Of a stretch of 64,000 bases of DNA, positions 11,491 through 22,679 are shown one piece after another. Numbering within the stretch: the first letter of the stretch is position 1; every line of letters begins with the position of its first letter. The DNA comes from an uncultured Gemmatimonadales bacterium (GTDB lineage Bacteria > Gemmatimonadota > Gemmatimonadetes > Gemmatimonadales > GWC2-71-9). The DNA lies in the NCBI GenBank assembly GCA_963695555.1, contig CAVOGR010000001.1, forward strand, positions 672,001 to 736,000. Direction: 5' to 3'. The notes beneath the pieces are model-generated. The model was not told the origin of the DNA and did no database searches. It saw only the letters and a program-made list of their open reading frames with translations. The translations under genes and the position numbers were made by a program.

Positions 11491-12117
11491 ATGACGACAG
11501 GATTGATCGGCCGCAAGCTCGGCATGACGAGGATCTTCGCGGATGACGGCACCGTGACACCGGTGACGGTGATCGAGGCGGGTCCCTGTCCGGTGGTGCA
11601 GGTCCATCCCGACCGGGTGCAGCTCGGCTTCGGGCAGCGCAAGGCCAAGCGCACGACGAAGCCAGAGCTTGGGCACGCCCAGAAGGCCAAGCTCGAGCGC
11701 GCGCCACGCGTGCTGAAGGAATTTCCGCTCGCGGGGAGCGAGGCGCCCGAGGTCGGCAGCCAGGTCACCGTCGAGCTGTTCGCTCCGGGCGACCGGGTCA
11801 AGGTGACTGGTACCACGAAGGGACGGGGGTTCCAGGGTGTGGTTCACCGCTACGGTTTCGCTGGCGGCCCGGCGTCGCACGGCAACACACGGTACCGGCG
11901 GACCGGCTCCATCGGCCCGGGCACCAACCCGTCCCGCGTGCTCAAGGGGAAGCGGATGCCGGGGCATCAGGGCGCAGCGCGGCATACCGAACTGGGATTG
12001 ACCATCATGCGAGTCGATCCCGAGCAGAACCTGCTGTTCATTCGGGGCGCGGTGCCCGGCGCACGCAACGGCATTTTGACCATCGCCAAGCAGGGAGGCA
12101 GGAGTCGTCATGATTGA
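11491..12117 (+). CDS. rplC: 50S ribosomal protein L3
   Basis: GRKLGMTRIF..KGRGFQGVV..; S10 operon order. Confidence 0.98.
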   Translation: MTTGLIGRKLGMTRIFADDGTVTPVTVIEAGPCPVVQVHPDRVQLGFGQRKAKRTTKPELGHAQKAKLERAPRVLKEFPLAGSEAPEVGSQVTVELFAPGDRVKVTGTTKGRGFQGVVHRYGFAGGPASHGNTRYRRTGSIGPGTNPSRVLKGKRMPGHQGAARHTELGLTIMRVDPEQNLLFIRGAVPGARNGILTIAKQGGRSRHD

Positions 12118-12934
12118 GGCGCCACTCTACTCGGCGTCCGGCGAGAAGCGCCGCAAAGCGTTCGCCCTACCGGTCGAGTACTTCGACGGTCAGGTGAACC
12201 ACGCCGTGCTGCATCAGTCGGTCCGCGCCTTCCGGAACAACCAGCGGCAAGGCACGCATCAGACCAAGACCCGGTCCATGGTCTCCGGCGGGGGGGCGAA
12301 GCCCTGGAAACAGAAGGGGACGGGCCGTGCGCGACAAGGCAGCATTCGGTCGGCCCAGTGGCGGGGTGGTGGGACGGTCTTCGGACCCTCCCCGCGCGAC
12401 TACACGACACCGGTGCCACGGAAGGTCCGTGGTCTGGCCCGCCGCTCCGCGCTCAACGCGCGTGCCGCCGAGGGGGCGCTCACGGTGGTCGAAGGGTGGG
12501 AACTGGCGGCGCCGAAGACTGCCGACTTTGTCGCGCTGCTCGATCGGTGGGGTGCCACGGATAAGAAGCTCCTGGTGCTCACCCACGGCATGAACCGGCC
12601 GGTCTATCTGAGCGCGAGGAACCTCCCCTCGATCGAGGTCATGCCGTACAACGAGGCGACCGCGTATCACGTCTTGTGGGCGGACACCGTGGTCGTGGAA
12701 CAGGCGGCGCTGCCCGAGGGTGGCGAAGAGGTGGAGCCGACGGCCGAGCCGAAGCCCAAGCCGACGCCGGCCAAGAAGGCCAAAAAGGCAGCCCGGCCCA
12801 AGACCGCCAAGCGGGCCGCGCCAAAGAAGGCCGCCAAGAAGCGCGCGGGTGGAACGGCAACGGCCAAGAAGAAGACGGCCAAGAAAGCGGCGAAGAAGAC
12901 CGTCGCGAAGAAAAAGAAGAAGGGAAGTAGCTGA
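12110..12934 (+). CDS. rplD: 50S ribosomal protein L4 with Lys/Ala-rich C-terminal tail
   Basis: KPWKQKGTGRARQGS..WRGGG.VFGP; ~65-aa AKKA-rich extension. Confidence 0.97.
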   Translation: MIEAPLYSASGEKRRKAFALPVEYFDGQVNHAVLHQSVRAFRNNQRQGTHQTKTRSMVSGGGAKPWKQKGTGRARQGSIRSAQWRGGGTVFGPSPRDYTTPVPRKVRGLARRSALNARAAEGALTVVEGWELAAPKTADFVALLDRWGATDKKLLVLTHGMNRPVYLSARNLPSIEVMPYNEATAYHVLWADTVVVEQAALPEGGEEVEPTAEPKPKPTPAKKAKKAARPKTAKRAAPKKAAKKRAGGTATAKKKTAKKAAKKTVAKKKKKGSS

Positions 12935-13221
12935 TGCCCGCACTTCACGAGATCATCGTCAGGCCGCTGGTCACCGAGAAAAGCTCGGCCGCATTTCAGG
13001 CCCGGCGTGAGTACACCTTCGAGGTGCATCCGGAGGCCAACAAGTTCCAGATCCGCGATGCCTTGGAGAAGCTGTTCGACGTGACCGTGACTGACGTGCG
13101 CACCATGCAGGTGCGGCGGAAGTCCGTCTTCCGCGCCCAGACCATCGGTGCCAAGCCTCGGTGGAAGAAGGCCGTGGTGACCCTCAAGGACGGCGACGAG
13201 ATCGCCGTGTTCGAGAGCTGA
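12934..13221 (+). CDS. rplW: 50S ribosomal protein L23
   Basis: [15 protein letters not shown]. Confidence 0.97.
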   Translation: MPALHEIIVRPLVTEKSSAAFQARREYTFEVHPEANKFQIRDALEKLFDVTVTDVRTMQVRRKSVFRAQTIGAKPRWKKAVVTLKDGDEIAVFES

Positions 13222-13223
13222 GC

Positions 13224-14063
13224 ATGAGCATTCGCAAGTTTCGCCCGGTGACGCCGGGTACGCGGTTCCGCTCGGTGTCGGGCTTTGACGAGATCACCCG
13301 GACCACGCCCGAGAAGTCGCTGGTCGAGCCGCTGCGAAAGACCGGCGGACGCAACAGCCGGGGCCACTTGACCATGCGCCACCGTGGCGGTGGCCACAAG
13401 CGCCAATACCGCCGAATAGACTTCAAGCGGGACAAGTTCGGCGTCCCGGCCCGGGTGGCTGAGATCGAATACGATCCCAACCGAAGCGCTCGGATTGCGC
13501 TCCTGGTCTACGCCGACGGCGAGAAGCGCTACATCCTGCACCCCAAGGGCCTCGAGCAGGGTGCCACGGTCGTTTCCGGGCCCGGATCCGACATCCGGAT
13601 CGGCAACACGGTGCCGCTCCGTGAGATGCCCCTCGGGACGACGGTGCACAACGTGGAGCTCAAGGTCGGCAAGGGCGGCCAAATGGCCCGCTCGGCCGGT
13701 GCCGGGGTGCAGGTGGTGGCCAAGGAAGGCAACTACGTCACGCTGCGCCTGCGCTCCACCGAGATGCGGCGGGTCCATGAGCGGTGCCTGGCAACCATCG
13801 GCGAGGTGGGCAACTCGGAGCACGAACTCCTCAGCGCCGGAAAGGCCGGAAAGACGCGCTGGCGCGGACGCCGGCCGAAGGTTCGCGGTGTCGCGATGAA
13901 CCCGGTGGACCACCCGCTCGGCGGTGGCGAGGGCAAGGCCTCCGGCGGCCGCCCACCGACCTCGCCGTGGGGCAAGGTCGAAGGGCGCAAGACGCGGAAG
14001 CATAAGAAGGCAAGCACCAAGCTCATCGTGCGCGGCCGCAAGCGCGGCAAGGCGACCAAGTAA
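13224..14063 (+). CDS. rplB: 50S ribosomal protein L2
   Basis: [27 protein letters not shown]. Confidence 0.99.
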   Translation: MSIRKFRPVTPGTRFRSVSGFDEITRTTPEKSLVEPLRKTGGRNSRGHLTMRHRGGGHKRQYRRIDFKRDKFGVPARVAEIEYDPNRSARIALLVYADGEKRYILHPKGLEQGATVVSGPGSDIRIGNTVPLREMPLGTTVHNVELKVGKGGQMARSAGAGVQVVAKEGNYVTLRLRSTEMRRVHERCLATIGEVGNSEHELLSAGKAGKTRWRGRRPKVRGVAMNPVDHPLGGGEGKASGGRPPTSPWGKVEGRKTRKHKKASTKLIVRGRKRGKATK

Positions 14064-14087
14064 CCGGCAGGGAATGAGACTGAGACT

Positions 14088-14378
14088 ATGTCGAGAAGCG
14101 TAAAGAAGGGACCCTACGTCGAGGCTTCGTTGGCGCGGAAAGTTGAGGCGCTCAACCAGCAGAACGACAAACGGGTGATCAAGACCTGGAGCCGGGCGAG
14201 CACCATCTTGCCGGAATTCGTGGGCCACACGTTTGCGGTGCACAACGGGAACAAGTTCATCCCGGTGTACGTGACCGAGAACATGGTGGGGCACAAGCTG
14301 GGCGAGTTCGCCCCCACGCGCCTGTTCCGCGGCCATAGCGGCAAGTTGGCCGCCGACAAGAAAGTGAAGCCGACCTGA
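14088..14378 (+). CDS. rpsS: 30S ribosomal protein S19
   Basis: [21 protein letters not shown]. Confidence 0.99.
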   Translation: MSRSVKKGPYVEASLARKVEALNQQNDKRVIKTWSRASTILPEFVGHTFAVHNGNKFIPVYVTENMVGHKLGEFAPTRLFRGHSGKLAADKKVKPT

Positions 14379-14738
14379 TGGCTGCCGGGCATGCGATTCA
14401 GCGGGAGGCGCGCCAGTCTCCCAGGAAGATGCGGCTCGTGGTCGACCTGATTCGCGGCAAGAACGTGAACGAGGCCTACGCGATCCTCAAGTTCAACAAG
14501 AAGCTTGCCGCGCAGCAGATCGAGAAGACCCTGCGCTCCGCCGTGTCCAACGCGGAGCAAAAGGCGATCCGGGACAATCGAGCCGTTCGATCTCGACCAG
14601 CTCTATGTGTCATCGGCGTCGATCGACATGGGGCGAACCCTCAAGCGGTACAAGCCCGCGGCACAGGGCCGAGCCACGCCTATTCGGAAGCGCACCAGTC
14701 ACGTGGTAATCCGCGTGGCAACCAAGGAGACCGACTGA
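14378..14738 (+). CDS. rplV: 50S ribosomal protein L22 (one apparent +1 indel near 14579)
   Basis: [14 protein letters not shown] in one frame, ..[17 protein letters not shown] in the next; removing one base joins them. Confidence 0.92.
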
Positions 14739-15400
14739 TGGGGCAGAAGACGCATCCGCTCGGCATTCGGCTGGGCATCGTGAAGCCTTGGCGGTCGCGC
14801 TGGTACGCAACGGCCCGGGACATGCCCGCGTTCCTCCGAGAGGACGAGCTGATCCGGAAATATCTCTGGACTCGACTCGGACACGCGGCCATCGCGGAGA
14901 TCCACATCGAGCGCAAGCCGGGCAAGGTGACGGTTACCGTGCATACCGGCCGGCCCGGCGTGGTGATCGGGAAGCGGGGCGCCGAGGTCGACAAGCTGCG
15001 TGATGAGCTGGCCCAGTTGACCGGCAAAGAAGCCGCGATCAACGTCGAAGAGATCAAGCGTCCCGAGACGTCGGCCAAGCTGGTGGCGGAAAATATCTCG
15101 CACCAGCTCAAGATGCGGATCTCGTTCCGCCGGGCTATGAAGCGGGCCGTCCAATCGGCGCTGCGCATGGGGGCGCCGGGCATCAAGGTGCGGTGTTCCG
15201 GTCGGCTGGGTGGAGCGGAAATCGCCCGGACGGAAGGGTATCACGAGGGCCGGGTGCCGCTGCACACGCTGCGCGCGGACATCGATTACGCGACGGCGAC
15301 GGCAAAGACCACCTACGGCACGGTTGGCGTCAAGGTATGGATCTTCAAGGGTGAGATCGTGGAAGACCTCCACGGGCGCACCTACAGCACAGGAGCCTAA
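14738..15400 (+). CDS. rpsC: 30S ribosomal protein S3
   Basis: [25 protein letters not shown]. Confidence 0.98.
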   Translation: MGQKTHPLGIRLGIVKPWRSRWYATARDMPAFLREDELIRKYLWTRLGHAAIAEIHIERKPGKVTVTVHTGRPGVVIGKRGAEVDKLRDELAQLTGKEAAINVEEIKRPETSAKLVAENISHQLKMRISFRRAMKRAVQSALRMGAPGIKVRCSGRLGGAEIARTEGYHEGRVPLHTLRADIDYATATAKTTYGTVGVKVWIFKGEIVEDLHGRTYSTGA

Positions 15401-15405
15401 GGCCG

Positions 15406-15819
15406 ATGCTCGCGCCGAAGAGAGTCAAGTTCCGGAAGATGTTCAAAGGCCGCACACGGGGCATCGCCCGTCGCGGCAACACGGTGACTTTCGGAGAATA
15501 CGGACTCATGTCGCTCGATCCGGGGTGGATTTCCAATCGCCAGATCGAGGCCTCCCGGGTGGCTATGAGCCGGGCCATGAAGCGCGGCGGGAAAGTCTGG
15601 ATCCGCATCTTTCCGGACAAGCCCATTACCAAGAAGCCGGCGGAGACGCGGATGGGCAAAGGCAAGGGAAACCCCGAGGGCTGGGTGGCGGTGGTCAAGC
15701 CCGGCCGTGTGCTGTTCGAAGTGGAAGGGGTCACCGAGCAGGTGGCACGGCGTGCCATGGAGCTCGCCGCGGCCAAGCTCCCGGTAAAGACCCGCTTCGT
15801 GCGGCGCGAGGAGGGCTGA
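15406..15819 (+). CDS. rplP: 50S ribosomal protein L16
   Basis: [14 protein letters not shown]. Confidence 0.99.
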   Translation: MLAPKRVKFRKMFKGRTRGIARRGNTVTFGEYGLMSLDPGWISNRQIEASRVAMSRAMKRGGKVWIRIFPDKPITKKPAETRMGKGKGNPEGWVAVVKPGRVLFEVEGVTEQVARRAMELAAAKLPVKTRFVRREEG

Positions 15820-15823
15820 CCCA

Positions 15824-16036
15824 GTGCAAGCCAGAGACCTTCGGGAACTGTCGACGGAAGAGCTCGGCCAAAAGCTGGCCGAGTTGATTGAGGAGCGCTT
15901 CCGGTTGCGATTCCGCTCGGCGACCGAGCAGATCGACAACCCACTCCAATTCCGGACCATCAGGCGCGACATCGCGCGGATCAAGACCGTGCTTCGTGAA
16001 CGAACGGGGCAAGTGGAAGGAACGACGCATGAGTGA
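15824..16036 (+). CDS. rpmC: 50S ribosomal protein L29
   Basis: [13 protein letters not shown]; operon position. Confidence 0.96.
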   Translation: MQARDLRELSTEELGQKLAELIEERFRLRFRSATEQIDNPLQFRTIRRDIARIKTVLRERTGQVEGTTHE

Positions 16037-16304
16037 CGCAGCCAAGACATCCGCGCCCCGGACGCAACGCAAGGTCCGCACCGGTGTGGTAACCAGTGAC
16101 AAGATGCAACAGACCGTGACAGTCGAGCTGACGCGGCAGTTTGCCCACCCGACCTACGGGAAGCAAATGACTCGCACCACTCGGATCAAGGCGCGCGATA
16201 CCAACGGTGCCAAGACGGGCGATACGGTTCGCGTCATGGAGACCCGGCCACTGTCGAAGACGGTGCGGTGGCGGGTGATTGACATCGTCCAGCGCGCCAA
16301 GTAG
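16029..16304 (+). CDS. rpsQ: 30S ribosomal protein S17
   Basis: [18 protein letters not shown]. Confidence 0.97.
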   Translation: MSDAAKTSAPRTQRKVRTGVVTSDKMQQTVTVELTRQFAHPTYGKQMTRTTRIKARDTNGAKTGDTVRVMETRPLSKTVRWRVIDIVQRAK

Positions 16305-16317
16305 CGCGGAGCATCTC

Positions 16318-16686
16318 ATGGTTCAGCAAGAGAGCATTCTCAAGATTGCGGACAATTCCGGGGCCCGAAAAGCCCTGGTCATTCGGGTCTTGGGTGGAAG
16401 CAAGCGCCGCTACGCAGGCCTGGGCGACAAGGTGGTCGTGGCCATCAAGGACGCGATTCCGACCGGGCAGGTGAAGCGGGGCGACATCGCGAAAGCGGTC
16501 ATCGTCCGTACTGCCAAAGAAACCCGCCGACGGGATGGATCGTACATCCGGTTCGACGATAACGCGGCGGTCCTCATCAACGATCAGGGAGAGCCGCGCG
16601 CGACCCGCATCTTCGGCCCGGTAGCCCGGGAACTGCGCGACAAGCGCTACATGAAGATCGTCTCCCTCGCTCCGGAGGTGCTGTAA
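16318..16686 (+). CDS. rplN: 50S ribosomal protein L14
   Basis: [24 protein letters not shown]. Confidence 0.99.
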   Translation: MVQQESILKIADNSGARKALVIRVLGGSKRRYAGLGDKVVVAIKDAIPTGQVKRGDIAKAVIVRTAKETRRRDGSYIRFDDNAAVLINDQGEPRATRIFGPVARELRDKRYMKIVSLAPEVL

Positions 16687-17067
16687 GTGAATCGACTGGT
16701 CTATCGGAAGGGCAAGCGCAAGCGCCAACGCCCGGTGATCCGTGTCAAGATGTCGATCACCAAGGGCGACATGGTGCAGGTCATCTCGGGGGAAGACAAG
16801 GGGAAGCGCGGCCGCGTAATGCGTACCCATCCCAAGTCGGGCCGGATCACCATCGAAGGGGTGAACATCGTCAAACGGCACCGCGCGCCAACGGGAACGA
16901 CCGAGGGCGGCATCATGGAGATGCCGGCGCCCATCCATCACTCGAAGGCGATGCTCATCGACCCCAAGACCAACGAGCCCACCCGGGTCCGTCGCCGTGT
17001 CGACAAGGACGGCACGGTCGAGCGCATTGCGACCAAATCGGGCGACTCGATCCCGAGGAATAGATAG
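16687..17067 (+). CDS. rplX: 50S ribosomal protein L24
   Basis: KOW motif GDMVQVISGEDKGK..EGVN. Confidence 0.96.
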   Translation: MNRLVYRKGKRKRQRPVIRVKMSITKGDMVQVISGEDKGKRGRVMRTHPKSGRITIEGVNIVKRHRAPTGTTEGGIMEMPAPIHHSKAMLIDPKTNEPTRVRRRVDKDGTVERIATKSGDSIPRNR

Positions 17068-17069
17068 GT

Positions 17070-17750
17070 ATGGCAACCCAGAGTCCGAAAGCGGAACAGG
17101 CCCCCGCAGGGGAGAAGCCGGCGGGAAAGCGCGCGAAGGCCAAAGAGGGCGGCGCCGAGCGCGAGGCCAAGCCCAAGGCCCGTGAGGGCAAGCCACGCCT
17201 CCAGGTCCACTACGAGACCGTCGTGCGGGGACGGTTGGCGCAGGCGTTCGGCCTCGACAACCCGATGCAGGTGCCGCGGCTGGCCAAGATCGTGCTGAAC
17301 GTGGGCATGGGAGAGGCGCCGAAGAACCCCAAACAGCTCGAGGCCGCGGTGGACGAGCTGGAGCGGATCACGGGGCAGAAGGCCGTCGTCACCCGCGCCA
17401 AGAAGGCCATCTCGAATTTTGCCCTCCGGGCCGGGATGCCCATCGGAACCCGGGTGACGCTCCGCGGGGCGCGCATGTACGAGTTCCTCGATCGGTTCGT
17501 GACGCTCGCGGTGCCGCGGCTGCGCGACTTTCGCGGCCTGCCGACCAAGAGCTTTGATGGCCGTGGCAACTACAGCATCGGCATCAAGGAACAGATGATC
17601 TTTCCCGAAGTGGACTTCGACAAAGTGGAGAAGATCCACGGGATGGACATCACGATCGTGACGACGGCCGGGCGGGATGACATGGCGATGGCGCTGCTTC
17701 GGGAGTTTGGATGGCCGTTCCGCAGCGAGACGCCGATTCGTGTTGGATAA
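17070..17750 (+). CDS. rplE: 50S ribosomal protein L5 with N-terminal extension
   Basis: KIVLNVGMG..FDGRGNY..GMDITIVT. Confidence 0.98.
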   Translation: MATQSPKAEQAPAGEKPAGKRAKAKEGGAEREAKPKAREGKPRLQVHYETVVRGRLAQAFGLDNPMQVPRLAKIVLNVGMGEAPKNPKQLEAAVDELERITGQKAVVTRAKKAISNFALRAGMPIGTRVTLRGARMYEFLDRFVTLAVPRLRDFRGLPTKSFDGRGNYSIGIKEQMIFPEVDFDKVEKIHGMDITIVTTAGRDDMAMALLREFGWPFRSETPIRVG

Positions 17751-17785
17751 CGCAGTAGACGACACTGAGGACACATAGGGACATT

Positions 17786-17971
17786 ATGGCCAAGACCTGT
17801 TGGATCGAGCGATCAAAACGTACGCCGAAGTACAAGGTCCGTGCAGTGAATCGCTGTGCACGTTGTGGGCGCGCACGCGCCTTTCTCCGCAGGTTCGGCC
17901 TGTGTCGTATCTGCTTCCGCACGCTCGCCCTCCAGGGGGAAATTCCGGGCGTGCGGAAGGCTAGCTGGTAA
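17786..17971 (+). CDS. rpsN: 30S ribosomal protein S14, Zn-binding (type Z)
   Basis: 61 aa; CARC..CRIC. Confidence 0.97.
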   Translation: MAKTCWIERSKRTPKYKVRAVNRCARCGRARAFLRRFGLCRICFRTLALQGEIPGVRKASW

Positions 17972-17986
17972 GGGGGCAGTGATCGA

Positions 17987-18385
17987 ATGACGATGACAGA
18001 TCCAGTCGCGGACATGCTGACGCGCATTCGGAACGCGTGTTCCGCAGGGCATCGCCGGGTGGATGTCCCGGCTTCGAAGCTCAAAGTGGAGTTGGCCCGG
18101 CTGCTCCGGGACAATCACTACGTGACCGATTTCAAGGTGCTGGAAGACGGTGGGGGACGGGGCTCGTTACGGCTCTACCTCAAGTACCACAACGAGGTGC
18201 CGGTGATCCGGGAACTGCGCAAGGTCTCGACCCCAGGGCTCAGGCGCTACGTCAAGAGCCGCGAAATCCCGCGGGTCAAGAACGGGCTGGGGATGGCCAT
18301 CGTCTCGACGCCGAAGGGCCTCATGAGCGACCGGGATGCCCGGACCGCGAACCTGGGCGGCGAGCTCGTCGCTTACATCTGGTAG
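17987..18385 (+). CDS. rpsH: 30S ribosomal protein S8
   Basis: DPVADMLTRIRN..STPGLRRY. Confidence 0.98.
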   Translation: MTMTDPVADMLTRIRNACSAGHRRVDVPASKLKVELARLLRDNHYVTDFKVLEDGGGRGSLRLYLKYHNEVPVIRELRKVSTPGLRRYVKSREIPRVKNGLGMAIVSTPKGLMSDRDARTANLGGELVAYIW

Positions 18386-18392
18386 GTGCATC

Positions 18393-18932
18393 ATGTCGCG
18401 AATTGGTAAGCGGCCAGTCCCGATCCCCAAGGGCGTCACGGTGGAGCTCTCGGGGTCGCGCCTGGCGGTCAAAGGCCCCAAAGGCACGCTGGAGCGGACG
18501 CTCCCGGGCGAGATGGCACTCGAGTACGCGGACGACCACATCACCGTGACTCGGCCCTCGGAGGCGACTCGGCACCGGGCACTCCACGGGCTCACTCGCT
18601 CCTTGGTGAACAACATGGTAGAGGGTGTCGCGCGCGGGTTTTCGAAGCACCTCGAGATCCAGGGCGTCGGCTACCGCGCGGAGGCCAAACCCTACGGCGT
18701 TGACCTCATTGTCGGATACTCGCACCCAGTGAAGTATCAGGCGCCCGCCGGGATCACCATCTCGGCGGAGGCCCCGACGATGCTGAAGATCGAGGGCGCC
18801 GACAAGGAACTCGTGGGTCAGGTGGCGGCGGAAATCCGCAAGGTCCGGCCGCCCGAGCCATACAAGGGCAAGGGAATCCGGTACCGCGGGGAACATGTCC
18901 GCCGCAAGGCCGGAAAGACAGGAGCGAAGTAA
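18393..18932 (+). CDS. rplF: 50S ribosomal protein L6
   Basis: MSRIGK..PEPYKGKGIRY. Confidence 0.98.
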   Translation: MSRIGKRPVPIPKGVTVELSGSRLAVKGPKGTLERTLPGEMALEYADDHITVTRPSEATRHRALHGLTRSLVNNMVEGVARGFSKHLEIQGVGYRAEAKPYGVDLIVGYSHPVKYQAPAGITISAEAPTMLKIEGADKELVGQVAAEIRKVRPPEPYKGKGIRYRGEHVRRKAGKTGAK

Positions 18933-18934
18933 TC

Positions 18935-19306
18935 ATGCGATCGATTCACGCACCCAAGACACGACAGGAACGGCGGTACCGCCGTCGGCTCCGCGTGCGG
19001 AAGCGGATCCAGGGGACGGCCGACCGGCCCCGGTTGGTGGTGTTTCGTTCACTGAAGCATATCTACGCCCAACTGGTCGACGACGATCGGGGCGTGACTC
19101 TGCTCGGCGTCGCAGACCAAAGCGAGGGCGTGACCGTGGATGGCTCCGGCAAGGTGGCCCGGGCCCGCGCCGTCGGCGAGGTGCTCGCCGCCAAAGCCCG
19201 TGCCGCCGGCCATAGCCGAGTGGTGTTCGATCGCGGAGGCTACAAGTATCATGGCCGAGTGCGCGCCGTTGCCGAAGGCGCGCGGGCCGGAGGATTGGAG
19301 TTCTAA
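18935..19306 (+). CDS. rplR: 50S ribosomal protein L18
   Basis: [21 protein letters not shown]. Confidence 0.98.
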   Translation: MRSIHAPKTRQERRYRRRLRVRKRIQGTADRPRLVVFRSLKHIYAQLVDDDRGVTLLGVADQSEGVTVDGSGKVARARAVGEVLAAKARAAGHSRVVFDRGGYKYHGRVRAVAEGARAGGLEF

Positions 19307-20028
19307 TGGCTGACGAGCAGACGAAGCAGGACGCGGCAGCAGGCGAGCCCGCCAAGGAGGCGGCCGCGCAGTCCGTGCCAGCGGCGGCGGAACAACCCGA
19401 AACGGCGCCGAAGACGGAGGCGGAATCTCCCGCCGTGGCCGCGCCGCCCAAGAAGCGACCGAGTCAGCGCAGGTCCCAGGAAGGACGCGGTGGACGGGGG
19501 GGCCGACGGGATCGCAGCGATCGGGATCGAGGCTCGGATCTCGTCGAGAACGTGATCACGATCAATCGGGTAGCCAAGGTCGTGAAGGGTGGCCGGCGCT
19601 TCTCCTTCAACGCGCTGGTGGCGGTTGGCGATGGCGATGGCAAGGTGGGTGTCGCCATGGGCAAGGCCAACGAGGTCTCCGAGGCGGTGCGCAAGGCGGT
19701 GGAGGCGGCACGGCGAAGCATGGAGACGATCCCACGCTCTGGGACCACTATCCCGCACGAGATCGTCGGCCAGCATGGCGCCGGCCGCGTCCTCCTGAAG
19801 CCCGCAACGACCGGGACCGGCGTCATCGCCGGTGGGCCGGTCCGACAGGTGCTCGAGTGCGCGGGTATCAAAGACATTCTGACGAAGTCGCTCGGGTCGG
19901 CCAATCCGCACAACATGGTGCGAGCCACGATGGATGGCCTGGTTGGCTTGGTGTCACCGGCGCAGATCGCGCGCGAGCGCGGCGTCGATTTGGAGCAAAT
20001 CCACTACCGTTCCCGGCAGGAGGTCTAG
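19306..20028 (+). CDS. rpsE: 30S ribosomal protein S5 with long N-terminal extension
   Basis: [22 protein letters not shown]. Confidence 0.98.
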   Translation: MADEQTKQDAAAGEPAKEAAAQSVPAAAEQPETAPKTEAESPAVAAPPKKRPSQRRSQEGRGGRGGRRDRSDRDRGSDLVENVITINRVAKVVKGGRRFSFNALVAVGDGDGKVGVAMGKANEVSEAVRKAVEAARRSMETIPRSGTTIPHEIVGQHGAGRVLLKPATTGTGVIAGGPVRQVLECAGIKDILTKSLGSANPHNMVRATMDGLVGLVSPAQIARERGVDLEQIHYRSRQEV

Positions 20029-20029
20029 G

Positions 20030-20233
20030 ATGCCAAAGAAGACCGCTGCCAAGCTCGCGGTCAAACAGGTCCGGAGCGGGATCGGGCACGCGGAGACGTT
20101 CCGGCGAACGCTCCGCTCGCTTGGACTGCGGCATCATCAGGCGCGAGTCGTAGTCGATGACACGCCCTCCATTCAAGGCATGTTGTATAAGGTGCGGCAC
20201 CTGGTCGAGGTGACGCCGATCGAGGAGACCTGA
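20030..20233 (+). CDS. rpmD: 50S ribosomal protein L30
   Basis: QVRSGIG..TLRSLGL..GML.KVRHLV. Confidence 0.95.
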   Translation: MPKKTAAKLAVKQVRSGIGHAETFRRTLRSLGLRHHQARVVVDDTPSIQGMLYKVRHLVEVTPIEET

Positions 20234-20694
20234 TGGCCGAGGATACCAAAGCAGAGAAGCTGACGCTCTCCAATCTGCGTCCGCCCAAGGGTGCCACCCA
20301 GCCACGGCGGCGCGTCGGGCGGGGCCCGGGCTCGGGCCTGGGCAAGACTGCGGGGCGCGGCCACAAGGGCCACAAGGCCCGGACCGGCGGGTACACCAAC
20401 CCCGGATTCGAAGGCGGGCAGATGCCGATCTACCGGCGCCTGCCGAAGCGGGGCTTCACCAACCCGTTCCGGGTCCCAGCCCAGCCGGTGAACATCGCTC
20501 GGCTCGCCGGGCTCGAGGGCACGGACGTGACGCCGGAGACCCTGCACGCCGCCGGGCTGATCGGGAAGCTGGGCGCTCCGGCCAAGATTCTCGCGACCGG
20601 GAACGCCGAGCGTGCCTACACGGTTCGCGGCGTCGCCATCTCTCAATCGGCTCGCGCCAAGATCGAGGCGGCGGGTGGGACCGTCGAGGAGTAG
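20233..20694 (+). CDS. rplO: 50S ribosomal protein L15
   Basis: [25 protein letters not shown]. Confidence 0.98.
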   Translation: MAEDTKAEKLTLSNLRPPKGATQPRRRVGRGPGSGLGKTAGRGHKGHKARTGGYTNPGFEGGQMPIYRRLPKRGFTNPFRVPAQPVNIARLAGLEGTDVTPETLHAAGLIGKLGAPAKILATGNAERAYTVRGVAISQSARAKIEAAGGTVEE

Positions 20695-22011
20695 GTGACC
20701 AGCCCCCGCCTTCCCACGATGTCGATCGATCCGGAGCTCAAGAAGAAGCTCCTGTTCACCTTGGCGGTGTTGCTCATCTACCGGGTCGGCGCGCACATTG
20801 CCGCTCCCGGCGTCAACGTGCAGGCCCTGGCGGACTATATCAGGAATTCCGCGGCGGCGGGGTTCTTCGGATTGTACGACATGCTGGGCGGCGGGTTGTC
20901 CCGGGCCACGGTCTTCGCGTTGGGCATCATGCCCTACATCTCCGCATCCATCGTCTTCCAGCTGGCGGGCGGCGTTGTGCCAACCATCAGCAAGATGCAG
21001 AAGGAGGAAGAGGGGCGGAAGAAGATCACCCAGTGGACTCGGTATCTCACGGTGATCCTGTCGGCGTCGCAGGCCTATACCTTTGCGTTGTTCACCGAGT
21101 CGATCCCCGGCGCGATCCAGAACCCGGGGCTGGGTTCCCGCATCGTGATGATGCTCATGCTCACGACCGGCGCCATCTTCGTCATGTGGCTGGGAGAACA
21201 GATCACCGAGCACGGAATCGGCAACGGGATGAGCCTGCTCATCACGTTCTCCATTCTCGAGCGGGTGTGGCCCGGCGGACTCCAGCTGTTCGGGTTCGTG
21301 AGCGGACAAGTGGTGTCCATTGCGGCCGCGGTGACCTTCCTTCTGGTGTTGGTGGCGGTCGTCGCCTCGGTCACGGCCATGACGATCGCCGCGCGGCGTA
21401 TTCCGATCCAAATCCCGCGGAAGGTGATGGGTAGAGGACGGGTGCGCGAAGGGCAGAAGAGCTTCATTCCGATCCGGCTCCTCACAGCCAACGTGATGCC
21501 GATCATCTTCGCTCAAACGATCATCATCGTGCCCGGCACCGCCGCGAGCTTCACCAATAACGAGATTCTCCGTGAAGTGGCGAATTTCTTCGTCCCCGGC
21601 GGCATTCCCTACGCCATTCTGTTCGCCGTCATGATCATCTTGTTTACCTACTTTTACACGTCGATCATCTTCAACTCGGTGGATCTGGCCGAGAACCTGA
21701 AGAAACAGGGCGGGTTCATTCCCGGTGTGAAACCAGGGGCGGCCACCGCCGATTACATCGACGGGGTATTGGGCAGGATCACGCTCCCGGGCGGTATCTT
21801 CCTCGCAGCCATTGCCCTGATCCCGATCTTCGTGTCGCAGCGCCTGGGCATCCAGGCGCAGTTTGCCGGTGCGTCCGTTCTGATCGTTGTCGGCGTGTTA
21901 CTCGATACCATCGAGAAAATCGAGCAGCATCGCCAGTTGCGACGGTACGACGGCTTCATGCGCAGTGGACGCGTCCGCTTCCGCGGGGGCCGGCAGCCGC
22001 GCTACATCTAG
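20695..22011 (+). CDS. secY: Preprotein translocase subunit SecY
   Basis: ALGIMPYISASI, WLGEQIT..GIGNG, GGFIPG.KPG. Confidence 0.98.
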   Translation: MTSPRLPTMSIDPELKKKLLFTLAVLLIYRVGAHIAAPGVNVQALADYIRNSAAAGFFGLYDMLGGGLSRATVFALGIMPYISASIVFQLAGGVVPTISKMQKEEEGRKKITQWTRYLTVILSASQAYTFALFTESIPGAIQNPGLGSRIVMMLMLTTGAIFVMWLGEQITEHGIGNGMSLLITFSILERVWPGGLQLFGFVSGQVVSIAAAVTFLLVLVAVVASVTAMTIAARRIPIQIPRKVMGRGRVREGQKSFIPIRLLTANVMPIIFAQTIIIVPGTAASFTNNEILREVANFFVPGGIPYAILFAVMIILFTYFYTSIIFNSVDLAENLKKQGGFIPGVKPGAATADYIDGVLGRITLPGGIFLAAIALIPIFVSQRLGIQAQFAGASVLIVVGVLLDTIEKIEQHRQLRRYDGFMRSGRVRFRGGRQPRYI

Positions 22012-22115
22012 CGATGCCGAGTATGACATGGCGGTGAGCGGGGCCCTGCGTGCGCGCGGCCCTGCTCACCGCCGCCGTTTGCTCTCGGCACACCAGGGAC
22101 GGGGATAGGACGCTC

Positions 22116-22679
22116 ATGGACATTCTCTTGCTGGGCCCGCCCGGGGCGGGAAAAGGCACCCAGGGAGTCATCCTCGCAGACCGGTTGGGCATTCCGAAGT
22201 TCGCCACCGGCGACCTGCTGCGGGAGGCTGTCCGTCAGGGCACTCCACTCGGGCGGGAGGCCAAGGCCGTCATGGAGGCGGGGCACCTGGTGAGCGACGA
22301 CACCATCCTCGGCGTGATGCAGGAAGAGCTGGCCAAGCCCGGCGCGCGACACGGGGTGATCTTCGACGGCGTGGTCCGAACCGTGCCCCAGGCGGAGGGG
22401 CTGGCTCTGCTGCTCGCCTCGCTCGGCCGGCGGCTCGACTTCGTGATCTTTTTCTCGGTAACCGACGAAGAGATCCTGGCGCGCCTGGCAAAACGCCGCA
22501 CGGTAGAACAACGGGCGGATGACGATCCCGATGCCATCCGGAACCGGCTGAGAGCGTACCGCGAGCTCACGGCGCCGGTGCTCGACTGGTACGAGGCCCG
22601 GGGCCTGGTACACAGGGTCCCGGCGGTCGGCGCGGTCGAGGTGATCGCCGAGCGGGTGCGCGCGGTCGTCGGCAAGTAG
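22116..22679 (+). CDS. adk: Adenylate kinase (short type, reduced LID)
   Basis: GPPGAGKGTQ, TGDLLR, RADD; follows secY. Confidence 0.95.
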   Translation: MDILLLGPPGAGKGTQGVILADRLGIPKFATGDLLREAVRQGTPLGREAKAVMEAGHLVSDDTILGVMQEELAKPGARHGVIFDGVVRTVPQAEGLALLLASLGRRLDFVIFFSVTDEEILARLAKRRTVEQRADDDPDAIRNRLRAYRELTAPVLDWYEARGLVHRVPAVGAVEVIAERVRAVVGK

